DNA of 64,000 nucleotides, from NCBI GenBank assembly GCA_029953675.1, contig JAMWBK010000004.1, forward strand, positions 682,001-746,000, in the 5' to 3' direction. The first letter of the stretch is position 1; the number at the start of each line of letters is the position of its first letter. Position numbers and translations under genes: made by a program. The notes beneath the pieces were generated by a model that was given only the letters and a program-made list of their open reading frames with translations, did no database searches and was not told the origin of the DNA. The DNA comes from Rhodosorus marinus CCMP1338. Taxonomy: Eukaryota; Plantae; Rhodophyta. Shown here piece after piece: positions 1 through 9,200 of this stretch.

Positions 1-1
1 C

Positions 2-205
2 CCGTTCATTCTAACCGATCGTGCAAAGACGCTCAGAAAGGACCAAGGAATCTGCTGGTTGACGACAAAGGAGCTCGTCAAAGCCCTGAGCAACCTGTCC
101 GCTCATGACAACCCGGCTTTTGTCGAGGTTGGTTGGTCAAACTGGTTCGCAGAAGCGGGCGACTTGCGCAAGAAATTAGCTTCCGAGACATCCAACGAAG
201 AATAA
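2..205 (+). CDS. Possible 3' end of a gene entering from the left edge (unknown product)
   Basis: Frame +2 is open from base 2 to TAA at 203-205 (PFILTDRAKTLRKDQGICWLTTKELVKALSNLSAHDNPAFVEVGWSNWFAEAGDLRKKLASETSNEE*). No motif recognised. Confidence 0.4.
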   Translation, partial: PFILTDRAKTLRKDQGICWLTTKELVKALSNLSAHDNPAFVEVGWSNWFAEAGDLRKKLASETSNEE

Positions 206-435
206 ACGCGGCGAAGAGGGAATTCAGAGTCCCATGGTTCTCAAAGAAGATACCGTCGAGCTGGGATTACGGAAGGGATCCGATTGAAGTCCACTGAGGC
301 AAACAGTAGTCGAGCGGAGCTCTTTAATGGGCGAAGGGGGAAAAATAGAGCGCTTGCGTATTAATCGGTAGAAGATTTAATTTAAAGCCATCAGGGACAC
401 AAGTTTGTGTACGCCTCATCGAAATGTGAAAGCTT

Positions 436-744
436 CCCAGTCGAGTTGAGTAGTAATACTACTACAGTATCTGGACCTCGTCAGTTGTGCGAGGTCCAAG
501 AGAGAGGAGAGGTAGTGCTGCAACTTCGCACGCTTGGTCTGGATGTGGCCCCCAGTCGAGCTGAGTGGTAGTATTTGGACCTCGTCAGTTCTGATAGGTC
601 CAAGAGAGAGAGGAGAGGTAGTGCTGCAGCTTTGTGAGCTTGGTCCGGATAAGGTCCCCAGTCGAGTTGAGTAGTGGTATCTGGACCTCGTCAGATCTAA
701 GAGCGAGAGGAGAGGTAGCGCTGCAACCTGTTCATCCCAAGTCA
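436..744. repeat. Three diverged tandem copies of a ~85-115 bp unit
   Basis: Units start with CCCAGTCGAG at 436, 551 and 657, and each contains TGGACCTCGTCAG and GAGAGGAGAGGTAG(T/C)GCTGCA. Confidence 0.85.
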
Positions 745-951
745 GATGGACCGAGAGAGCTTTTGATGAATATGGAGCTGTTATTGAGCTGCGGCAAGAG
801 AGCGCGGAGTGTGAGCACAGGATGGTGTAGAGCATTCCATCCGAGCTCGGATGTGGTGAACGGGTAGGTGACATCCATTCAAGGCTCCGGCTCACTTTTC
901 TGTTTATTCTGGTGACAAGTCTGATAACTAGTGAGCGATCTGAGGCACGAT

Positions 952-2259
952 TTAACATCCAGAATTCGTGTATTCGTCTGAGCACCGGCTAATGGTCTGC
1001 CCGCTCGTGTTCTTGGGTAGGTTGCGACCGCAGAATGGGAAACCACCGATCAGGTTGTTGATACAGTTGTCCTGGCAGTTGAGCTTGGCTCCATATTGGC
1101 ATACAACGAGCTGGGTAAGCCGGCCGCCTGTATCGCAGGACACATCAGCACACCCAAGAAGTTCAGTGCCGCTCCATACCATGGCGGTGTAATGGCCAAC
1201 GACGCCGCCGTTAATCCTGGTACATGAGTTACTGGAGGGACCGAACCGGTAGTCATCGACCTCCTCAGCAAAAGCTGTTATGGACCGGCGCTCAATGTCA
1301 TCGGACGAGGAATATCCGGATTGATAGTAGAGGTTCTCTCCGAGGTATCCGTACTGGGTCGACCTTCGGAAGGCACTGGATGAGTGCTGCAAGACACACC
1401 CCCTGTTCTTCAACTCGTTCGCCCAGTTCTGTGCGCTCTGTGCGATCTCTGCGTCCCATATGGCAGGAGGGACTTTGACTTCATTTCGTAGCTTGTTGTG
1501 CTCAACGACCCACTCATTGCCGCCACCTCCACCTCCACCTCCACCTCCGCTGCACTTGGGAACCAGACAGACCTTGGCCTTGGAACCTACAGAAGCCTGG
1601 ACTCCGACGGCGACATCGCTCAACCCGTTCATGTACTGCACTCTGTTAACCAGATCGTTGTCGAGAACTTCAATCCTGATGCAAAAGTTGGGGGAAGGCA
1701 TCTTCACTGCCACGCCGTCAGCCCTTCCCCACTGGGTCCACTTGATGTTCAACGTGGTTCCGTCTGGGCTCCGTGTATATGAATCTCTTGGGGAACTGGG
1801 ATCGTCTTCGACTTCAACGCTTGCGCTCGGAGGTAGGTCACGGATCTCCATGCGGAGAGCTCCCTTCGTAATGCCGGCCTTCCTTTTGTTCACGATTACC
1901 AGGCTAGCCGTATTGCTCCTAGTGTCGACGTGAATCACTACTCGCGCCCTTCCCACTTTGATAAGCGGCTTCTGGGAAGTTTCCGCCTTCCGGTTGTATC
2001 CGTACCAGGTCTTCACGGATTGAGCGGTCTCTACAGCCTTCATCCGCCATGCCTTGGAGCCTCGCCTGACCTCCCACTTCTGTTCATCAGAACAGCTTCC
2101 CTGCTGACGGAAAGAAATTTTCGGTGGCGCTGAGAGCTCCACATTGGACACGCCCTGCTCGATGACCTCCCTGCCAGCGACCACACCATAAGCTCGCTCG
2201 CACACAAGCGCCAGTAACACAATCATAAACCCTGCAGCACAAACTCGGCTCTTCATCAT
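952..2259 (-). CDS. Secreted CAP/SCP/PR-1 domain protein with an unassigned N-terminal domain and a poly-Gly linker
   Basis: Signal-peptide-like MMKSRVCAAGFMIVLLALVCERAYG (first ATG at 2259). CAP motifs HNKLR, WDAEIAQSAQNWA, HS, GENLY, GHYTAMVW, LGCA and VVCQY. Gly10 linker before the CAP domain. Confidence 0.92.
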   Translation of the reverse strand: MMKSRVCAAGFMIVLLALVCERAYGVVAGREVIEQGVSNVELSAPPKISFRQQGSCSDEQKWEVRRGSKAWRMKAVETAQSVKTWYGYNRKAETSQKPLIKVGRARVVIHVDTRSNTASLVIVNKRKAGITKGALRMEIRDLPPSASVEVEDDPSSPRDSYTRSPDGTTLNIKWTQWGRADGVAVKMPSPNFCIRIEVLDNDLVNRVQYMNGLSDVAVGVQASVGSKAKVCLVPKCSGGGGGGGGGGNEWVVEHNKLRNEVKVPPAIWDAEIAQSAQNWANELKNRGCVLQHSSSAFRRSTQYGYLGENLYYQSGYSSSDDIERRSITAFAEEVDDYRFGPSSNSCTRINGGVVGHYTAMVWSGTELLGCADVSCDTGGRLTQLVVCQYGAKLNCQDNCINNLIGGFPFCGRNLPKNTSGQTISRCSDEYTNSGC

Positions 2260-2769
2260 GATGGCAAATCTTCGTGGTTTTCTGTTTTTTGGTGACCCTC
2301 TACCAACTACCCTCTGCTCATCCCATACACACCCCGCTACCCTGCGAGCTACCCTACCCAAGGCTGCACCAAGCTGCCCTATGTATACCTTCTCCCAACT
2401 CCCATCGAGCTTCCAACAAAACAAGAAATGCCGGGAGGGAGTTTTTCTTCGGAGATTCTACGCAGGTGGAGTTTTCGTTTTCTTCCTACTTTCCTTACCT
2501 TAAAAAGCGACAATTAGTTGTTATTCCTTTTGGGAGAGATGCCGACGGGGAGAAAGTTCGAAGTGTGGAGGGAGGGTGGGGGGGTTGGGGTGGGAGAGAG
2601 GAACGGGGTCAATCAAGCGCAACCACCCCCAAGAAAGATGGGTGGAAGTAGTTAGGTCGATTGGCACTGCCAAGTTCCCCTTTCCTTTAGGATGGGGAAA
2701 CCCGCGATGAGGAGCGCCTCTTACTCACCATGCTCCACCGGAAGTCCGGAGGGGGGGGGGGGAGAGAAC

Positions 2770-3560
2770 ATTGATCTTTTTGTTTGTTTCAGTGCCGCTT
2801 TGCATAGGAAAAGTTTACTACAAATGAAAGAGAGTATCAAGCTGTGAAAAGCTTAGCAAAAAAGGAGGGGGAGGGTATCGTTCAGGGGAGAGACAAAAAA
2901 AAAACAAAAAAACACGCTGGCGGTTTGTACCGCATTTTGACCCAAGAACATTGGGTTCACCAAAAAGCGATATTTTGGCCCAATCAATTTTTTAATTTCG
3001 ATGGATCCTATATTGGGAGGAGGAGGGGGGGGCAGGAAAAGTTTTCCGTTGTACATGTAACAAATCTCAGGAGGGGTTATTGCCACTAAAAACTCAGGTG
3101 TTTACCGATTAAAGCATATTTTAAGACAGTTTCTTCTTATCACGGTTTCAATCTGTACATATCTTCCCCCCTCCCTCCCGTATTGATCTTTTTGCAACTT
3201 TGAGGTGATCGGGGTGATCTTTGGCATTGGCCGTGCCAAGGGAAAAAATAACTAAAAATGAAAAACAATCTCGAGCTGTGAAAAGCTTAGCAAGAAAAAA
3301 GGGGCGAGTTATCTATCTGGTGAAAAAAAGGCCAATTTGATTCTGGAACGTGGGATTCCCAACGACAAACCAATTTGTCCCGATCAATTCTCCAATTTCG
3401 ATAGATTTGGTGGTTGGGCGCGGGGGGTAACGTGGTTTTTTGCGCTGTATATGCGACATTTCTGAGGAGGGATTTAGGGCTTCATTAAACTCAAGCTTTT
3501 ACTGATTAAATATTAGTTTCAGAAGGGTTTCGTCTTTCGCGTTGTTCAAATTGGACTTTT
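2770..3560. repeat. Diverged direct tandem duplication, period ~412 bp
   Basis: Shared anchors in the same order: ATTGATCTTTTT (2770/3182), AGCTGTGAAAAGCTTAGCAA, ATCAATT..AATTTCGAT, AGGAGGG, AAACTCA..TTTAC.GATTAAA. Confidence 0.75.
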
Positions 3561-5296
3561 TCGCTTCGTTGTAGACTCGTAATTGGAATCTTCACAACCC
3601 TCCCCCCCCTCCCCTCCTCCGCTTGAAAAAATTTTATTTTTCGCGTTGTTTTCTTCTCTGAGATTAAATCAATCCTGACAGTTGGCGCGGCGGACAGCTA
3701 GTGAGTTGTATTATTCTACCGATGAACCGAACTCGGCGAGTCCAAAAGGGGAATTGTGGTGGAGAGGGTTAGTGGTGGTGGTTGGGGCCTTGGTTCTTGT
3801 CTCGATCGGAGCAAGGCGTTGGGGAGGTGATTTTTCTTCTTAGAATCTTTTCGTCTGTGGATTCTTTGGTTTCTTTGTTGTGACTCCAGACAAATCTGAT
3901 GGAATATACTGGGTGTGCATGTATTACGTTGATTGCTGGGGGAAAGCTCGTGTCGAAGATGTGTAGTAGCTCCAAACTCGTTGTAATGTTCTTGTGGAAG
4001 GAGGGAAAGAGATATTTTGTGTGTTTAGTCCGACGGGAAGATAGCTCGTTGGTTGGGCGAGGTTTTTACACAGCACACTTTCGGTGGAACGATTTTACTT
4101 CCAAGGCACTATCGTCTCGTGAAAAGTGCTCGTCACCGACTTGCATTCATATTCGGTACAAGTCTTGTTAGTCTATTGCCTACAGCTCATTGCTCAGCCG
4201 AGGATATTTGAAGGTTTTCTCCGGATGTGCGATGTCAACCCACAGGGTTGCACGACGTCGTCCATTCCTGAAGTGAGTTTTCCATCAGCACAAGGGTGAC
4301 GCGACTATCAAAAAACAATGAACAAAGCAGAAGAAATAAAGTAGACAAAGCAGCATTGAATTGCTTCGGCACTAATTTTTTTAGGGACTGGGGTGGACCA
4401 AAAGCTGTGACTCTTGTGACGTAAAAATGTTCATGGAAATATAAACTTATTAAATAGGAAAAAAACGAATCATACCAACCAAATTCTAGACAATCTAGCC
4501 AGATAAATAACACTCGCGATGTAAACGTTTAACCGCAAAATGCCTCCAATTTTCCAGCTAAAAATCTCCATATTCGCGCATCCCTGAGCTAATTTGAATT
4601 GTTCATTGAAATTACACATGCACGAGTTGATACCGTATGATTTATCAGAAATCGAATGATTCTATTTTACAGCGGTATGAGAATCTATGGCGCCACGTTT
4701 CATCCTCGGATCTGCGGTTGGTTAAAATTAGGTTAACGGAACATATTTCTGGACCGGAAAAATGACTCGATTTTCGTCACCGATCTCATGTTTAATGTAT
4801 TAAATTATGGCGAATACTTTATGGTCAAATCGTTTGTCTTTTGGGGTGTGGTTTTTTATTTGATTAAAAGCGATTAGCCGAGTCGGAGAAAGTTCCCTCG
4901 ACTCCGTCCAAAAACCGGCATGAAAAGGCGACACTTTCGCGACCCCCGGAAAAAAGATGAAAATCGAAAAATATCTATTCTAAATCTAATCATGAAAAAG
5001 TAACAGTAGCGAGTTTTGTTTTTCTGGGCCTCTTAAAAACAATCATGCGATAGAACAAAACGTTGAGACAGTTCTTCTAAGGGTAGACAGAAGTTGAAAA
5101 TCCCGTATAGTATGTGATTTATTGGGGGTGGTGAGGCAACTTTTTGGAGTGACCTAATTTGTATTGATAAATATACAAGCAATCGCCCTAGGATAGAGGG
5201 ATAGGGGTGGGTTGTGGATCTTATTTGTTCGTTTCACATACACCCCCCCTGCATGTATCACTTTAAATAGAAAGCGAGATTGTAGCTCAACCTGAG

Positions 5297-5378
5297 CCGA
5301 TGCAACATTTTAACCCGAACCGATGCAACATTTTAACCCGAACCGATGCAACATTTTAACCTAACCCGATGCAACTTT
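5297..5378. repeat. 23-bp minisatellite, ~3.5 copies
   Basis: CCGATGCAACATTTTAACCCGAA at 5297 and 5320, a variant at 5343 and a partial copy at 5366. Confidence 0.95.
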
Positions 5379-5828
5379 TGCTGGACTCTGCTCCTATCCG
5401 AAAAATGAAAGTGAATTCCTGTGGTCTCGCGACTCGGTGGGGCTGGTGTTTGCTTCCTTTTCGCGGACGCTATAGCTTTACTGTATTGTGCAGGTTCTAG
5501 CACTGTGTAAGTTATGGTTATCTATTCTAATTTCCCTTGCACCAATCTGTTTTGAGGAATGAGACCGATAAACAGCCGGAAGGACACCATGTGATGCAAC
5601 GTCATGCAAGTTTTGGAATGTTAGGTGAATTCTAGAATCCCCCTAAAGCATAGAGAACACTGGAAGAGGATTTCTAGTCAACCTTTTCGAGCGGAATTCA
5701 GTTGCGTTCAGACAGAGGCAGAGGAATATTGCACACGTAGTTTTCGGTACAATCTCATCCGGAATTCTGTAATCAGCGCGAAAAGGGAGGGGGACGAGAA
5801 TGAACGCTACCTACCCCTCTCCCCCACC

Positions 5829-5966
5829 CCCGTAGCCTTTACTCGGCAGCTACCTAGCGCAGCGAAATACCACTACTCCATCTTCGCTCTAAACTCACTT
5901 AGACCCCCTGTCCGGGGGTCTCATCTAACTTCTAGTTAGTGGGAATATCGACCGGTATGCCCGGTC
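5829..5966 (+). mobile_element. Fragment of the 5' coding region of a CRE-like retrotransposon
   Basis: Matches the reverse complement of ~40345-40475 (GCAGCTACCTA..GCAGCG.AATACCACTACTC...GGGGTCTCATCTAACTTCTAG..GGxAATATCGACCGGT). Confidence 0.75.
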
Positions 5967-6197
5967 TTTGTCGATCGCGTGCTGTACCAACTGTGCGTTT
6001 TGTTGCCATAGGATACGGTTCACTTGTCCTCTCACCGACGATAAATGCGACTCCCGATCATGGAGAGGTGCCGTGGATTTCGAAGGAGCTCCAGCCCTTC
6101 TTGTCCAAGTCGCCCATAGGTTTCAACCGCAAATGGTACTAAGATCGGCTCTCTCCCTCATTTGATATTGCTTCTGCGTAATGTGCCACTCTGCTAT

Positions 6198-6282
6198 CCC
6201 CTTAGCCTCTATTCGGCAGCTACCTACCGCAGCGAAATACCACTACTCTATCTATCTTCGCTCTAAGCCCCCCGAAGAGGGT
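6198..6282 (+). mobile_element. Second short copy of the same CRE 5' fragment
   Basis: TCGGCAGCTACCTACCGCAGCGAAATACCACTACTC, also present at ~5843 and (reverse) at ~40415-40455. Confidence 0.65.
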
Positions 6283-6329
6283 CGTTTCTCGCAACGTCCC
6301 GGCAACCTATGTTTATTCGGATGTTTCTT

Positions 6330-6550
6330 CGGAAGCCAAAACTCCCGGATTGCGTACTGAGAGAGTAAATCGTGCGCCTCCTACACCGAAGTACGCCACA
6401 ACGGAAACTTAAACGGGAAGAAAACGAAGAAATTCGATCTGGGCGCCCGCGGAACAGCTCGCGAAGCCAACGGGAGCCAACCGAATTCATAAAGCCCGAA
6501 ACTCTCAATGACCCAGGGCGAATCCCCGGGGCAAGACAACGCCCCCCGCG
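6330..6550 (-). mobile_element. Diverged family B CRE-like 3' fragment
   Basis: Minus-strand translation GFMNSVGSRWLRELFRGRPDR matches GFMDSVGSRWLRELFRERPDR in other copies. Confidence 0.75.
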
Positions 6551-7276
6551 CTCGTAGAACTTTGGCTTCGTTGTGGCGTCTCAGATTCGTAGCTGTAGCT
6601 CTACATCGCTCCTCTGCGACCAGAACCGAAAACGTAGCCTGAGGATTGGGAACAGGAGGGTCAGTTGGCGTTTTGACATCACCAGAGGAAATCAAAATAA
6701 CAACAACAATATCAGTTCAAAAATAATATTGATTCGATCTAGTTTTGTCCCGCCTCTGTGCGGGTTGGCTGGCGTTTCGGTAAAAATTAAGGAGAGTAGA
6801 ATGCATTTTTTTTAACGAAAAGTTGTCCCAAAGAAATCGACAAAGTAGTACTTAAAATCCATGAATTCGAGTACGTTGAAATGAAAGGAAAATTGGCTTC
6901 GTCTTAACCAGCACTACAGGTATGTTGTCGGGAACACAACGGCCGTGTTCCAGGCTACCGTAACTTAACAGTTTTTAATGCACGTGGGCACGTGGACTGT
7001 CGCCCAGTGTCACATCCTTCCTCGTGTAAAACACTTCCAACTTCGCTCCAAGAACGCCTGCCAAAAACAGCCTTCCTCCCAGCTCGTTCGCAACAAAGAG
7101 TTTCCTTCATTCAGGGCTCCCTAGGATCTTTTCTAACCCCTAAATCCTACCAAGCCCTGGTTAACCTTATCCTAGTGGCTTTGCTAGCGAGTACAATACC
7201 CATATGAGAGTTGGACAGTTTGTCACCATGCGAGACCGACTCCGAACCCCCTCAAGAAGTCCAGTCAATCGTTTCT

Positions 7277-7296
7277 TGAATGAATGAATTTGTTTA
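7277..7296 (-). mobile_element. Family B tail-only remnant
   Basis: TGAATGAATGAATTTGTTTA is the reverse complement of the family B terminus TAAACAAATTCATTCA(TTCA). Confidence 0.65.
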
Positions 7297-7403
7297 TTAA
7301 GGTCGACCTATAGACTCGCGATATGTAGACTCATAAAAACGTTGCTGGATGCTGGAGGTAAACACTCGTACCAACGGTGGAGCATTGAACGGCACAGAAA
7401 TTG

Positions 7404-7434
7404 GCCATTTTCTGGACTTTACTAGCCATTTTCT
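7404..7434 (-). mobile_element. Family A 11-nt micro-insertion with 10-bp TSD
   Basis: GCCATTTTCT-[GGACTTTACTA]-GCCATTTTCT. The insert plus adjacent bases give CTGGACTTTACTAGC, identical to the family A terminus. Confidence 0.75.
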
Positions 7435-8193
7435 AACACGTCGGATGGGGGACTGGCGTACCAAGCCCAGGCGGGCACAAAGCTCTGGAGGTTGGAAGTG
7501 AAATTGCTGTCCACTTTTAAAAAGCTGCTTCAAGTGTTGACTGTAATATGCATGATTTGAACCTTAGCGTGGTTGAAATATCTACCTCATCGTCATGGTA
7601 AGTCTGATTGCAAAAGTATCCCTGTAGTGCGGAGCCATTTATGGTACCATCACCACGTTTAATCGAGCACTCGAGCCAGAAACGGATTACTACATTGCCA
7701 GTTTTATAATGATTGTCAATCCGTCTTTGCCGAACGAGAATGGACGTGGACCAGGCCACCGATAGAAGTCGTCATAGCTCTTGTTGCGTTTTCGTTAAAT
7801 TCAGTTGGCTTCCGTTTATCATCGTGGCAAGAGAAACTGTTCACCTCTGGATTGAACTCGGTGGACTAGGCACACACACCTTACGCTGCCACGGTTCATT
7901 GGTTAGGCCTCTGGAGCGTGTTTAAACGCCGTCAGTCGACGAGGTCCGCAGGAGGATATGGTTCAGTGAATTTCGGGACGGCGGGTAGATATATCTCTAT
8001 CTCCTCACGTGCAGGTAGAGCCCAGGTCAGCGAGGTCGGTTGCACAGGGAGTCTGAGTACTGTAAAATGAAGAGTGTGAAGCGCGGAGAAATACCGATTC
8101 AAGGCCCCACCTCGCCCGTCTGTTTTATTGTGAAGTATAGTGGATGAATGATTTGGATAAGAGGCGAGGTTAGGTAGCCTCAGCACGCAGAGT

Positions 8194-9200
8194 CTACGCG
8201 GTGGTGGCGTTGTACTCGTCCGCCAGAGCCGACACTTATGGGAATAGTCTATCTGCTGGAGTTCATGGGTAAGTTTCGACCGCAGAATGGGATTTCACCA
8301 AAAGCGTTGTTAAAGCAGAGCTCCGGAGGTTGATATTCGAGTCATATCAGCATGACCTCGGTAACACCCAAGAAGTTCACTCATCCGCCTGACCACTGAA
8401 AGCAGTTACTACGCCCTTATCAATATCGTGATACGGTCTTCGGCAGCTTGTATATCTGATTTCTTTTCACATGGTCTCTCGTTTGCATTCGTACTAAGCA
8501 CTGCTTCGGAAGAACAGAAACCACCGCTCCCCTTGACACCCGCAGCGCCGCAAACTCGTTCCCCCAAGTTCCGTGCAAGCTCTCCGATCTTGGCATTCCA
8601 TACTGCAGGTGAGCTTTGGACTTCTTCCCGCGCTATGATGTGGTAGGCGATCCACGCGTCTCCTTTGCCACCGTTTCCCTCCCCATCTCAATTATTGCAC
8701 CTGGAAACCATCAGATCTCGGCCCGTGATCTGGGGCACCGGGGTAGCCCTCGGCGACAAAAGTCCGGCCAGTTCGTGTACGTCGATTAGACTGTTTTCCG
8801 TAAAAGGTACCTTCCAAGCAGAAAGTTGGGAGAGAATGTTGTAATTTAGATGCCGTCCGCCCTGTTCGTTTTGACGCAGTTACATCCGAAATGGTTGCCG
8901 CAATTCTTGCACGTCGCCGGAGCTGGGATCACCTTCGACCTAAAAGCTCGCATTACGGTGACGGGTTCGACCTCTCCAAGCTCAAGGTTGCACCCCTAGT
9001 GGCTTTGTCCTTCTTGTTCATGATGACCAGGCCTGTGGTGTTGGTTCGAGTGTGGTGTTGGCTCTAGTGTCGACTGGGGTGATCGCACCTTCAGGGATCT
9101 CCGGGATGTTTCACCGCGCTCATTGTACCCCTACCATTCACCCAGAGTCGGCGGATCCTCTTGCACCAGACTAACCTAACCCTATGCAAATCATCTTCAA
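8194..9200 (-). pseudogene. Decayed paralog of the CAP gene at 952-2259
   Basis: Frameshifted pieces VDTRANT / TGLVIMNKKDKATRGA, GDGEGNGGKGDAWIAYH..REEVQSSPAVWNAKIGELARN and ADEYNATTA* align with VDTRSNTASLVIVNKRK, GGGGNEWVVEHNKLRNEVKVPPAIWDAEIAQSAQN and SDEYTNSGC*. DNA anchors CGACCGCAGAATGGGA and CACCCAAGAAGTTCA are shared. The 5' end is approximate. Confidence 0.85.

Noticed and set aside
416-985. 189-aa minus-strand ORF
   Set aside because: It runs through a non-coding-looking tandem repeat, overlaps the CAP stop, has a non-ATG start and shows no domain.
1460-1933. Plus-strand ORF with poly-Pro
   Set aside because: Antisense shadow of the CAP gene's poly-Gly linker. The same applies to ORFs overlapping the Cys-rich, RTX and transporter genes (for example 26262-27107, 35389-36066, 62746-63395).
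5297-5378. Possible CRISPR array (also 436-744, 17590-17772, 56817-57080)
   Set aside because: Units are contiguous or degenerate with no unique spacers, there are no cas genes, and the context is eukaryotic.
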